Assembly: GCA_003602535.1 (NCBI GenBank)
Contig: QQSA01000075.1
Coordinates: 3,853 to 63,338 of the forward strand
Direction of reading: 5' to 3'
Origin: Candidatus Poseidoniales archaeon
Lineage (GTDB): Archaea; Thermoplasmatota; Poseidoniia; Poseidoniales; Poseidoniaceae
Length of the DNA stretch: 59,486 nt
Shown here: positions 27,303 through 36,850 of the stretch, in pieces
Layout of the letters: each line of letters starts with the position of its first letter
How positions within the stretch are numbered: position 1 is the stretch's first letter
Notes under the pieces: model-generated
Told to the model about the DNA's origin: nothing
What the model saw: only the letters and a program-made list of their open reading frames with translations
Database searches by the model: none
Translations under genes and position numbers: made by a program

Positions 27303-29510
27303 TCACTCAGCGTAATAGGACTCAGGGTTTGGATCTGGCTTCAATCCCTTACGGGTTCTGATTTCTGATACTACCTTGTCAAACAATTGTGGAGGTAGTA
27401 TTTCGAATCCAATGTTTTCTGAGTTCCATACAGCACGACCTTGAGATGCAGCACGGATGTCGTTGGAGAATCCGAATGTTTCTGCAACTGGTAGAGTGCC
27501 GATAACAGTAGTTGCTTCTCCCTCAGATGGCATATCTTCGATGATACCACGTCTGTTGGTAATTTCACGAGTAACTTGTCCTAGCCAGTCGTTAGGTACG
27601 CTGACGTGAGATCTCTGCATTGGCTCCATCAATACTGTGCGTGCACGTAGCATTGCACCCTTGATTGCATTTCTTACAGCAGGGATTGTTTGAGCAGGAC
27701 CACGGTGAATTGCATCTTCGTGCAGCTTAGCGTCAACTAGTCTGACCATCATCCCCATAACAGGTTCGTCAGCGACAGGTCCCTTCTTACATACTTCATT
27801 GAATGATTCAATAATCAATTCACGAGTCTCGTGAAGTCCCTGAATACCCTTGGTATCGTTGACTAGAACATTTGTTCCACTGATAGCGTATATCTTGCGC
27901 ATCTTGTCTTTATCCATTCCAAGTTCGCCGAACTTGTTTCCGATTTCCTTTGCATCTCCTGAGCGGATTGTTCCGTTTCCGAAGTGTCCTTCTCTTAATG
28001 CTGCAACAACTTCAGTAGAAAGTGGTTCACATTCAATCATGAACCTGTTGTGACGGTTTGGCGACTTTCCTTCGAATGAGCGACCTCTGTTGTTTCCTTC
28101 CACAGATTCTCTGTAAACAACAATTGGTGGGCTTACTTTTACCTTGATGTTCTGTTCTTCTTCAAGGCGGTAAACTGTAATTTCAAGGTGCAATTCTCCC
28201 ATACCTGCAAGTAATGCTTCTCCAGTTTCCTGGTTTGTCATAACTTGTAGAGACGCATCAGACTTTGCTAGAGAACGTAGAGCATCAATGAACTTTGGAA
28301 GATCTTTCATGCTCTTAGGTTCAACAGCCACGGTAACTACCGGGTCTGAATAGTGTCTGATTGCTTCGAAAGGAGTGAAATCTTTGTCACGAGACAGTGT
28401 TACACCAGCTGCTGCAGAGCGAATACCTGTAATCGCTGCAATGTTACCTGCGACTACCTTAGGTACAGTGATTCTGTCTCCTCCGACCATCATACTGACT
28501 TGCTGAACTCTCTCTGGCTTAGCAGCACCAATTGCGTAAACAGACTCACCTTGGTTTATTGCACCAGAATATAATCTTCCGACTGCTACTTCTCCAGCGT
28601 GCGGGTCCATCCAAATTTTTGTGATCATCATTGCAAGTTCTGCATCTGGGTCACATTCAATCATCGCTTTACCGATTGGTGTTTCTAGGTCTCCGTTCCA
28701 AATGTTAGGGATACGGTAAGGTTGAGCCTCAACAGGACCAGGAAGTTTTGTTACTGCCATGTCCAAAAGTACTTCGTGAACTGGAGCCTTCTGAGCAAGC
28801 GTCTTCTGGTCTTCATTGTTACAGTATTCGAAAATCTCAGTCATTGATACTCCTGATTTCTTCATGTATGGAATTGTAATTCCCCAGTTGTGGTAAGCTG
28901 AACCGAATGCTACAGTTCCATCCATTACACTGACTTGCCATTCTTTTTTCTTCTCTTCAGGAGCGAATTGGCGAATTAGTTTGTTTACTTTGATGATTGT
29001 TTCTTCGAATCTTTTCAACATGTCCTCTGGTGTGACCTTCAATTCATTGATTAGACGATCAACCTTGTTGATGAATAGAACAGGCTTAACCTTCTCTTTC
29101 AATGCTTGTCGTACAACAGTTTCAGTCTGTGGCATTGGCCCTTCAACAGCACATGCCAAGATGAAACATCCGTCAACAGCACGCATAGCACGAGTAACGT
29201 CTCCTCCGAAATCAACGTGTCCTGGTGTATCGATCAAGTTGATCAGGAAATCAGTTCCATCTACTGCGTGAACCATCGATGCAGATGCAGCGTTAATTGT
29301 AATTCCACGTGCACTTTCTTGTTCATCGAAATCTAGAACACGGCTCTTACCTGCTAAATCTTCGCTCATCATTCCTGCACCTGCAATTAGGTTGTCAGAA
29401 AGTGTAGTTTTTCCGTGGTCAATGTGAGCAGCAATGCACAGATTTCGGATCTGTGGTAAAATATGCATAACTTCTGTCGCCTTCTTGATGTTGTCTTCTT
29501 TACGGCCCAT
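27303..29510 (-). CDS. fusA: Elongation factor 2 (aEF-2)
   Basis: AHIDHGKTT, RGITI, DTPGHVDF, NKVD, diphthamide loop HEDAIHRGPAQ; AGGTGA RBS. Confidence 0.97.
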   Translation of the reverse strand: MGRKEDNIKKATEVMHILPQIRNLCIAAHIDHGKTTLSDNLIAGAGMMSEDLAGKSRVLDFDEQESARGITINAASASMVHAVDGTDFLINLIDTPGHVDFGGDVTRAMRAVDGCFILACAVEGPMPQTETVVRQALKEKVKPVLFINKVDRLINELKVTPEDMLKRFEETIIKVNKLIRQFAPEEKKKEWQVSVMDGTVAFGSAYHNWGITIPYMKKSGVSMTEIFEYCNNEDQKTLAQKAPVHEVLLDMAVTKLPGPVEAQPYRIPNIWNGDLETPIGKAMIECDPDAELAMMITKIWMDPHAGEVAVGRLYSGAINQGESVYAIGAAKPERVQQVSMMVGGDRITVPKVVAGNIAAITGIRSAAAGVTLSRDKDFTPFEAIRHYSDPVVTVAVEPKSMKDLPKFIDALRSLAKSDASLQVMTNQETGEALLAGMGELHLEITVYRLEEEQNIKVKVSPPIVVYRESVEGNNRGRSFEGKSPNRHNRFMIECEPLSTEVVAALREGHFGNGTIRSGDAKEIGNKFGELGMDKDKMRKIYAISGTNVLVNDTKGIQGLHETRELIIESFNEVCKKGPVADEPVMGMMVRLVDAKLHEDAIHRGPAQTIPAVRNAIKGAMLRARTVLMEPMQRSHVSVPNDWLGQVTREITNRRGIIEDMPSEGEATTVIGTLPVAETFGFSNDIRAASQGRAVWNSENIGFEILPPQLFDKVVSEIRTRKGLKPDPNPESYYAE

Positions 29511-29606
29511 GGTGAATCACCTGACTCTCGTCTGTCTTCGCCACCTTGAAGGGGTTTATCAAATCGACTACATGTATTCTAGTTCAAACGTTGTGCTGTG
29601 TGCTGA

Positions 29607-30758
29607 TTAAACAGTTCGTTGAAATCCTTTGTATCTCGATTCCATTTCAATAAACAAAGCCTTCAAATCAGCCTTGATATCATTGTATGTTTTCTTCATA
29701 TCAGAAATTTTTTGATTTATTGTATCCTTTGATGTCTTTAATGAATTTTTCAAATCCTTCTTAGCCTTTTGAATTTCAAATAGACATGCCCTTAATGATT
29801 TTCTGCATTTTGCAATTCTACTTTCATAGTCATCGACATCAATATTCTTAGACACTAACTTGTCAGCACTACGCTTGAATTTTATATCGAGTTTTGCAAT
29901 TTCGATAGAATGCTTAGGAGTTGATTTCAAATTAGAGTTCAGTCCAATCCATTTGAATCCCTTAATCCACCACTTGCTAGGATCTACATGGAACCATTTG
30001 TGTCCATTACGATAGTCTGCTTGGAATGTGTGGTGGAAATTATGATATCCTTCTCCGAATGTCAAGAACGCCAATAAAAAGGAATCTCTGCTAGAGTTAG
30101 ATTCAGAATACGGTTGTTTGCCCCAAATGTGTGCAGCACTATTGATCAAGAATGTTCCATGATGGACAAAAACAATTCGGATCAAACCGCCCCAAACTAG
30201 ACACCCTATGGCAGCAGAAATACCTCCTGCCAAATATCCAATCGCTGTAGGGAGAATTATTCCGGATAAAGCTCCAATGAGGAATATATTTCTGTGTTGC
30301 CAACGAATAATTTTGCTTTCTTGTAAATCCTTTACGTTAGAGAAGTCATTTTGGAATGCGTCTTCTTCAATCATTACCCATCCCATATGGGAATACCAGA
30401 ACCCTCTTTTGGCAGAATATGGGTCTTCATCAGTATCGGTTGCCCGGTGGTGGTTTCTGTGATCTGAACACCATTCGATTATGGAATTTTGAAAAGAACC
30501 AGCTCCAAATATTGCATAGAACAATACCAATGGCCAAGATGCATCGTGAGATCTATGTGAAAATAGTCGGTGGTAACCAACAGTAATCGATAACCCACAT
30601 GAAAAGTACAATGCGACAAAAACAAAAGCTTCAATCCATCCTGGAGGACCGAAATAAATCCAGTGAAGAACTACTCCTGTAATAGCTAGAAGAGGAGTTA
30701 CAAGAAGGAATAATGTGTTCAGCCAATTAATCCTAGTTGCAGATGAGTACTGGGTCAT
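29607..30758 (-). CDS. Membrane acyl-CoA (delta-9-type) fatty acid desaturase with a C-terminal coiled coil
   Basis: Three His boxes HRLFSH, HRNHH, HNFHH; ITVGYHR, DTDEDPYS, GFWYSHMGW, INSAAH, FGEGYHN, DPSKW. Confidence 0.93.
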   Translation of the reverse strand: MTQYSSATRINWLNTLFLLVTPLLAITGVVLHWIYFGPPGWIEAFVFVALYFSCGLSITVGYHRLFSHRSHDASWPLVLFYAIFGAGSFQNSIIEWCSDHRNHHRATDTDEDPYSAKRGFWYSHMGWVMIEEDAFQNDFSNVKDLQESKIIRWQHRNIFLIGALSGIILPTAIGYLAGGISAAIGCLVWGGLIRIVFVHHGTFLINSAAHIWGKQPYSESNSSRDSFLLAFLTFGEGYHNFHHTFQADYRNGHKWFHVDPSKWWIKGFKWIGLNSNLKSTPKHSIEIAKLDIKFKRSADKLVSKNIDVDDYESRIAKCRKSLRACLFEIQKAKKDLKNSLKTSKDTINQKISDMKKTYNDIKADLKALFIEMESRYKGFQRTV

Positions 30759-30799
30759 TATCGGCCCGCACTGACTAACCTTATTGACTATTGGGGTTA

Positions 30800-30817
30800 G
30801 GTGTTGCTAGCAACACC
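30800..30817. promoter_or_regulatory. Perfect 18-bp palindrome GGTGTTGCTAGCAACACC (operator or terminator hairpin)
   Basis: The sequence equals its own reverse complement; it lies between the rps7 stop and the TATA-like element of the desaturase. Confidence 0.55.
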
Positions 30818-30835
30818 GTGGTTGGTAGGTTAAAC

Positions 30836-31465
30836 TCAGCGAGCGCTTGATGCAATGCGCTGAACTTCTTCCTTCTTTGCTACTGCGAAAGAGGTAACGT
30901 CCCCATTGCTTGCTTTTGTTAGCTCGTTAATGATACACTGAGTTAGAGTACGCTTGGATTTAGAAGTTCCCTGCTGTGCTCCCTTTGCCAAGTTTCCTAA
31001 AGCAACATCTAATCTTCGAGATGGTGAACTGTCAACAGCCTTAGGTTGTGAAACTGCACCGAATTTAATACGTGTGATCTCTTCCATAGGAGCAGCGTGG
31101 CAAATAGCATCTACAAATGCTTGTAGAGGGTTGCTACCACTTCTTTCAGCGATTGAATCGAGAGCCGATTCAAAGGCCTTCAATGCGCCCATTTTCTTTC
31201 CAGTGTATTTACCAGTTCGCATTAATTTGTTAGTGAATCTCTCGACGACTGAAAGACGAGCTTTACCAAACCATGCGTTAGCATGGCGTCCACCGGTGTG
31301 CGGTACGCCTACGGTTGAGAGGTTAATGTATGGAGCAAGCCCCGGATCTCTGCATACTACTTCTGCAGCATCATACTTTCCAAAAACCAGAGTGCCTATG
31401 CCTGCAATAGGCTTGACTTCTTCAGGTACTGATTCTTCAGTTTGTGTCTCGATTTCTTCACTCAT
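30836..31465 (-). CDS. rps7: 30S ribosomal protein S7 (uS7)
   Basis: FGKYD, PHTGGRH, VERFTNKLM, NPLQ, AVDSSPSRRLD, KKEEVQRIASSAR. Confidence 0.96.
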   Translation of the reverse strand: MSEEIETQTEESVPEEVKPIAGIGTLVFGKYDAAEVVCRDPGLAPYINLSTVGVPHTGGRHANAWFGKARLSVVERFTNKLMRTGKYTGKKMGALKAFESALDSIAERSGSNPLQAFVDAICHAAPMEEITRIKFGAVSQPKAVDSSPSRRLDVALGNLAKGAQQGTSKSKRTLTQCIINELTKASNGDVTSFAVAKKEEVQRIASSAR

Positions 31466-31480
31466 CTAAATCACTCCGAA

Positions 31481-31909
31481 TCATCGTACTGGCTTCTCCT
31501 TGCGCCCACGAACCATTTCATCTAATGAAACGCCGTTTACTTGAATTACCTTGTAACGAACACCAGGAATATCTCCATATGAACGACCCATGCGTCCACC
31601 GATACCTTCTACCATTACTTCATCGTGTTCGTCGATGAAGTTAATTGCACCATCACCTGGTGCGAATGCAGTTAGTTTGTTTCCATTCTTAATCAATGAA
31701 ATTTTTACAGCTTTACGAATTCCGGAGTTAGGTTGCTTAGCCTCGATACCGACTTTTTCGATAACGATACCCTTCGCTTGAGTGGAGCCTGCAAGAGGGT
31801 CGTGCTTAGCTCTAGACTTTAGCATACGCTTCTTGTATCTACGATCAGACCATCTGAACTTTTGGCGGTCTTTTGCCATCTTGGTTCCTGCGAACAATCC
31901 ACGACCCAT
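31481..31909 (-). CDS. rps12: 30S ribosomal protein S12 (uS12)
   Basis: [27 protein letters not shown]. Confidence 0.97.
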   Translation of the reverse strand: MGRGLFAGTKMAKDRQKFRWSDRRYKKRMLKSRAKHDPLAGSTQAKGIVIEKVGIEAKQPNSGIRKAVKISLIKNGNKLTAFAPGDGAINFIDEHDEVMVEGIGGRMGRSYGDIPGVRYKVIQVNGVSLDEMVRGRKEKPVR

Positions 31910-32050
31910 GTCAATACTCTCCAGAGAAGCAACTTGCCGACCTACCCCCCCTATTTCATGGTGCCGATGAAATTAGGAGATGAGAATGATGCACGGATAG
32001 GCAAATCAACAGGGCCAATGTTCATGGTTATTCCGCTATTGCAAGGTAAC

Positions 32051-33316
32051 ATGGCATTCCGAGATTTGTTGGGCGCAGCTAGTATTGTTTCCGAGCCAAC
32101 CAGCGTGCTGCACGGGGTTTTCGACAAGTCTAAGTCGACAGGTCACGAGTTGTTATTGTTCGAAAACCTCATTGAAGCACCTGGTCATAAGATTGCTGTC
32201 AATCTGCTAACTAGGCCTAGACTTTGTGCAGCTTTGTCAATAGAGCCGGAAGAGTTCATCGACCTTTTAGGATGGGCCATGAATAATCCAAGCGAACCAA
32301 ATATTGTTGATTCTGGTCCAGTTATGGAATGCCCACAAGAATCTCCAGATTTGACTAAATTGCCAATCCCTCATCATTGGCGTGAAGATCGAGGCCGCTA
32401 CATGTCGTCTAGCGTAATTATTGCAGAATACAACGGAATTCGAAACATGTCCTTCCATCGTCAATTGTTGCGTGATAAAAATCATCTCGTAGCCAGGTTA
32501 GTTCCTCGCCATCTCCATTCTATGACCGGTTCTGCAAGAGAATCTGGTGATGAAGTAAAAATTGCAATAATAAACGCACCTGATCCAGTGGTTTTGTTAG
32601 CAGCAGCAATGTCCTTTGACTCAAATATTGATGAGTTAACGATTGCTTCTTCTTTACATAAAAAAATACACGGTTCGCCATTGGATTTAGTTGAATTACC
32701 TAATGGAATTCAGGTACCTGCATTTGCAGAATATGCGATGTGGGGTAGAATTACTACCGAAAATGATGACGAAGGACCCTATGTTGATATTACAGGTACA
32801 GTTGATGATGTCCGTCAAGAACCAGTGATAGAAATAGACGGAATTACACACAGGGAAAACCCCGTATTTCATGCACTGATTCCTGCTGAAGCAGAGCACA
32901 AAACTCTGATGGGGCTTCCTAGAGCTCCAACAATCAAATCAGCAGTAAGCGAAGTATGTGAATGTTTAGATGTTCATATGACTGAAGGTGGCGGAGGTTG
33001 GTTAGCTGCTGTGGTCAAGATAAAAGTCAACAATGAAAATGATCCTAAGAAAGCCATTGCTGCTGCGTTAGCAGGACATCGTTCAATGAAAATGGTCACC
33101 ATAGTCGACGAAGACATTGACATTACAGATCCTGTGAGAGTAGAATGGGCCATGATGACTCGATGGCAACCGGATAGAGACTCTGTAATATTGTCAAATC
33201 AAAAGGGATCAAGTCTTGACCCATCAAGATTGGGCGATGGGAATACAGCCAAAATTGGTATCGATGCAACTATTCCATGGGGTTATGACCGATCAGGATT
33301 CATGTCGGTTCAGTGA
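32051..33316 (+). CDS. UbiD-family prFMN-dependent decarboxylase (possibly anhydromevalonate-phosphate decarboxylase)
   Basis: LPIPHH..DRGRY, NMSFHR, RLVPRHL, DEGPYVDITG, VDEDIDI.DP..VEWA..TR, GSSLDPS, KIGIDAT. Confidence 0.88.
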   Translation: MAFRDLLGAASIVSEPTSVLHGVFDKSKSTGHELLLFENLIEAPGHKIAVNLLTRPRLCAALSIEPEEFIDLLGWAMNNPSEPNIVDSGPVMECPQESPDLTKLPIPHHWREDRGRYMSSSVIIAEYNGIRNMSFHRQLLRDKNHLVARLVPRHLHSMTGSARESGDEVKIAIINAPDPVVLLAAAMSFDSNIDELTIASSLHKKIHGSPLDLVELPNGIQVPAFAEYAMWGRITTENDDEGPYVDITGTVDDVRQEPVIEIDGITHRENPVFHALIPAEAEHKTLMGLPRAPTIKSAVSEVCECLDVHMTEGGGGWLAAVVKIKVNNENDPKKAIAAALAGHRSMKMVTIVDEDIDITDPVRVEWAMMTRWQPDRDSVILSNQKGSSLDPSRLGDGNTAKIGIDATIPWGYDRSGFMSVQ

Positions 33317-33326
33317 GTTGATTGAA

Positions 33327-34307
33327 ATGGATAGCGCTTCGGTTCTACAACACCCACGGCGCAATTTGGGTAGCAGACATCGTTCTCAAGCAGATCGATT
33401 TGTTAAGTTAGCAAAAAAAGATCCTTCTAGAATGGATGACAATCTTGCATGGGCTGAACAAAATGCTCAACAGGCTGTTCTCTATGATTTTACAGATGAA
33501 AGAAATTGGAGATGCTTAGCAGAGATTAAACATATGAGAGGAGATGGAGATGGTCTTGCTTTAGTTTTGGAAGATTTATTCGTAGTTTTAGGGAGAGATT
33601 CTAATCAATTGATTCAATTAAAGGATATTGATCACTTAGAAATGGGTTTAGAATTGTTAGAAGCTGCATTTTTGACTGATTCTCTTGAACCTGAAAATTG
33701 GTTTTCAAATCTAAACGATGATGATTTAGTTAACTTTGCAAAGAGGTGCAAGGGTCTTGATTTCACTGACCAAAGAGCCAATATCATTTATGGCAGAAGA
33801 TTAGAACGAATTCGAAGTGCGGGTCATGAAGATATGTTCATCGATTTAGTGCACCATTTACTTGCGCACAGACCAGCAAATTATGAACTTTGGATGGAAT
33901 TGGGACGCTTGCATGAAAGAAGGAATGAAGTTGATCAAGCATGGCTTTGTTATGATCATGTGCAACAAATTAGGCCGACTGAATTAGTTAGAGACTTATT
34001 TTTGCAGCGTCTCAAAGGAGCGATGGATGGAAAAGACACTGTTCCATGGAGCGGCCCATCATTAGAAACCCGTTCTGATTTCTTAGATAGAATGCAAAAT
34101 CTATCCCAGAATGTTTCCGAAGTTACAGATGATGTTTCAAAAGAGGAGAAAGAAGCGATTAGAGTTGATCCTGACTTAGTCAAGTTGCAAAAGTTGATTG
34201 ATTCTGGTGATGCTGCTGAAGCATTTTTTATGGCTCGTTCTTTGTTTACTTCTGGAGAAGATTGGGCAGAAGAATGGATGCTAAAGGCACAATCAATGCT
34301 TGATTAG
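33327..34307 (+). CDS. TPR-like hypothetical protein
   Basis: All-helical ORF; RPANYELWMELGRLHERRNEVDQAWLCYDHV TPR-like segment. Confidence 0.7.
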   Translation: MDSASVLQHPRRNLGSRHRSQADRFVKLAKKDPSRMDDNLAWAEQNAQQAVLYDFTDERNWRCLAEIKHMRGDGDGLALVLEDLFVVLGRDSNQLIQLKDIDHLEMGLELLEAAFLTDSLEPENWFSNLNDDDLVNFAKRCKGLDFTDQRANIIYGRRLERIRSAGHEDMFIDLVHHLLAHRPANYELWMELGRLHERRNEVDQAWLCYDHVQQIRPTELVRDLFLQRLKGAMDGKDTVPWSGPSLETRSDFLDRMQNLSQNVSEVTDDVSKEEKEAIRVDPDLVKLQKLIDSGDAAEAFFMARSLFTSGEDWAEEWMLKAQSMLD

Positions 34308-35341
34308 GCATTTTGCAATGTCATGATTTCTGTAACTCTTGAAGTCCAAATTTCTGCTTTTTCTCCGTCACTAATCGAAGCACAAAGTGCTGCTAACATA
34401 GCATCTTCAACATCTTCAGGGCTATCTAATAATTCAGAGAATAATTCTTCTCTATTCATTCGTTTAGCCAACATAAGCAATGCTCGTAAATCAGGTCTAT
34501 CTTCACCCGAATGACCAGGGTTGGTGTTTTCGACACACCATTCCAATACTCCATTGATATCATCTGGATTTACTTGTAACACAGGGGGGGCTTCTCCTAC
34601 AGATAGTGGCTTTGCATCCATTATTTGATCAGCAAATTTTTCAGCATCTTGGCTGATAAATCCGCTAGCAATTTCTACAAAAATGGCACCTGATTCTACT
34701 GCCAACTCGGTTTGCTTGGCTATCATTGAGTGTGCATGAGAATTGAATGCACATCTAGCTGCATCATAGGTTTGACCGAATGCAAGATGAATTCTTGCAG
34801 CTTGTATTCGTGAGATTGCAATTGTTTCATTGGCATGCCCAGCACTTCTAGAAATCTCTCCATGAACATGTAATGCCATCATTGGTTCATCAATTGATAG
34901 ATGGAATGCTGCTTTGTTGAGCAATGAAATATCGTGATCTCTGCTCGCCTTGGAAACTGATTTCAAACGTGTTTCTGCCCAAGTTAAATCATCTCTTGCA
35001 TTTTCAATATCACCATTTTCAAAATGGACTAAACCTCGTTCCATCCTTAGCCGACCTTCTAGTGCTAAATCTCTCGATTCAGGGTTTCTTGCTACCACAA
35101 GCGCTTCTTCTATAGATTCTAGTGTAATGTTACCGGCTATCCTTTGTTTCACCAAATCCAAGACTTTGGTTTCAGCTAGACTTAATTTATCTTGCAAAAA
35201 GTCAACTATGTTGCTATTCATTACCAATCCTAACTCAGCAACTCCAAGCCAACTTTTCCAGCCCATTTTTTCTAGCAAATGATCAAGTTCTCTTTCGCCG
35301 TTTTCGAAAGCTATGATTATTTCTTCAGGATTCATTTTCAT
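34304..35341 (-). CDS. Hypothetical helical (TPR-like) protein at the end of the exosome superoperon
   Basis: 345-aa ORF overlapping the DHH gene stop; ERGLVHFENGDIENARDDL TPR-like segment. Confidence 0.7.
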   Translation of the reverse strand: MKMNPEEIIIAFENGERELDHLLEKMGWKSWLGVAELGLVMNSNIVDFLQDKLSLAETKVLDLVKQRIAGNITLESIEEALVVARNPESRDLALEGRLRMERGLVHFENGDIENARDDLTWAETRLKSVSKASRDHDISLLNKAAFHLSIDEPMMALHVHGEISRSAGHANETIAISRIQAARIHLAFGQTYDAARCAFNSHAHSMIAKQTELAVESGAIFVEIASGFISQDAEKFADQIMDAKPLSVGEAPPVLQVNPDDINGVLEWCVENTNPGHSGEDRPDLRALLMLAKRMNREELFSELLDSPEDVEDAMLAALCASISDGEKAEIWTSRVTEIMTLQNA

Positions 35342-36308
35342 TCCTCTTTGTATTGGCTAAAATATTGATGAAGGCTGTTTCTGCAGCGATTCGATCGCAT
35401 TTTCCAGTCCAGCCTGCTGCGCCGTCATGTCCCCCGCCTTCTCCACCCATTTTTTCAGCGAGGTTTTGCATCATCTTTCCAAGATGAATTCCGGAAATTG
35501 TCGAAGATCGTGGTGCTCTAGCAGTAAGCCTAGTTTCTCCATCTCTATTGCGTGAAACGAGTGCTACTTCTGCACCTGCTTGGATAATCAGTGAGGCTAC
35601 TTTCCCTTCATGGATGCCTGCATGGGTGTGGACTAGATTCCATTTCCCTGATTCAATGGATTGACATCTGGATAAACCCTTCAATATAGCTCCTCTGTCA
35701 CTGGCAGAAATTTCTTCATTCTGCACATTCTCTACAAATTCTTGATACTCAAATGTAGCTCCTTCTAAAATTTGCGCGGCGCAATATAGTGATGCTTGAT
35801 CAGCATGCCTAAATCTCCCAGTATCGGTTATTAGTCCTGCTAGTAAGAGTTTACGTACTTGATTAGAAAGTGTATTTGGTGAATTGATTTTTAGATATTC
35901 AAAAACCATCTGAGTTGTCGCCCTTGCATCGCTTCGCAACTCCAAATCTCCGGCTCCGAATTCCCATTCACAAGTATCGTGGTGATCTATCACACAAATT
36001 GGAACCCCGTCGGGAATAGTTACTCCTGTTTGTGATTCGGATGCAGCGTCGACAATAATTATGCCACCGATTTTTGATGGCCATGATGGATTTTTTGATA
36101 ATTTACGGAATGGTGCATTCATTTCCTGACACAAGCGATTAGCAAGTCTTCCAAGATGCAGTCCACAAGCTAGCAGGTTTGGATTAGATGCGGCTAGGGC
36201 TATTGCGGAACCTATGGTGTCCATATCACCATTTCTACCTGTCAATACTGGTACGGCACCATTCGCAGTGGCCCTTTCTATCCAGTCAGCCAGTCTTTCC
36301 AAAATCAT
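35325..36308 (-). CDS. DHH-family phosphoesterase
   Basis: NGDMDTIGS, IIVD, VIDHH, GLITDTGRF, GGGHDGAAG. Confidence 0.88.
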   Translation of the reverse strand: MILERLADWIERATANGAVPVLTGRNGDMDTIGSAIALAASNPNLLACGLHLGRLANRLCQEMNAPFRKLSKNPSWPSKIGGIIIVDAASESQTGVTIPDGVPICVIDHHDTCEWEFGAGDLELRSDARATTQMVFEYLKINSPNTLSNQVRKLLLAGLITDTGRFRHADQASLYCAAQILEGATFEYQEFVENVQNEEISASDRGAILKGLSRCQSIESGKWNLVHTHAGIHEGKVASLIIQAGAEVALVSRNRDGETRLTARAPRSSTISGIHLGKMMQNLAEKMGGEGGGHDGAAGWTGKCDRIAAETAFINILANTKRNENES

Positions 36309-36613
36309 CCCTCGAGAGATTGCTTAAGTTTTTCATATGTTGAAATCAGTTCAGCTTCCCTTTCCGCCATTGTTGTTACCGCAGATTTCATCTGAACTAA
36401 TGTAGTTTCCAAATCTTTCAACAATTGTTCTCTGTCGTCGACTTCGATTAGAATGGTTCCCATCTGGCGATGCAATGCCATGTCCTCAGGTTGGTTTTTT
36501 ACAGCAGTCACAGTTCCTTCAAGTTCTCTCAATTGGGCATTCAGTGAAGCAACTTGTTGCCTTGCTGCTTGTACTTCTGCGACTACCATCTGTAATTGTT
36601 GGGCTGCTTCCAT
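36305..36613 (-). CDS. pfdB: Prefoldin beta subunit
   Basis: Coiled coil-hairpin-coiled coil, LHRQMGTILIE; conserved superoperon position; GAGGTG RBS. Confidence 0.85.
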   Translation of the reverse strand: MEAAQQLQMVVAEVQAARQQVASLNAQLRELEGTVTAVKNQPEDMALHRQMGTILIEVDDREQLLKDLETTLVQMKSAVTTMAEREAELISTYEKLKQSLEG

Positions 36614-36637
36614 GTTTCCACCTCAGACACCGGGGGT

Positions 36638-36844
36638 TCAAGAATCCATCACTTCAATCACTTTGCTTGCAATAACCAAAGATCTCATTCTCGTATTCCA
36701 CATAGCTCTTGCATCTTTAGCACGAGCTTCCTCCAGAACAAAACTAAAATTCGTAGCACTGACTAACACTTTTTCTTCACTAGCTAGACTAGATGCCAAT
36801 GATTTGGCAAATGGCGAATCCACCGATAGGCGGACATGCCACAT
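36638..36844 (-). CDS. pcc1: KEOPS subunit Pcc1-like protein
   Basis: 68 aa; AKDARAMWNTRMRSLVIA resembles the Pcc1 LRAxxNSxLR motif; lies between rpl37ae and pfdB. Confidence 0.6.
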   Translation of the reverse strand: MWHVRLSVDSPFAKSLASSLASEEKVLVSATNFSFVLEEARAKDARAMWNTRMRSLVIASKVIEVMDS

Positions 36845-36850
36845 AACAAA

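Noticed and set aside
29511..29521. GGTGA-A-TCACC inverted repeat over the fusA RBS
   Set aside because: A 1-nt loop cannot form a hairpin; it is explained by the SD sequence plus a common spacer
31862..32050. N-terminal extension of UbiD overlapping rps12
   Set aside because: Homology-like sequence begins at ATG 32051 (MAFRDLL); the upstream part is the divergent promoter region
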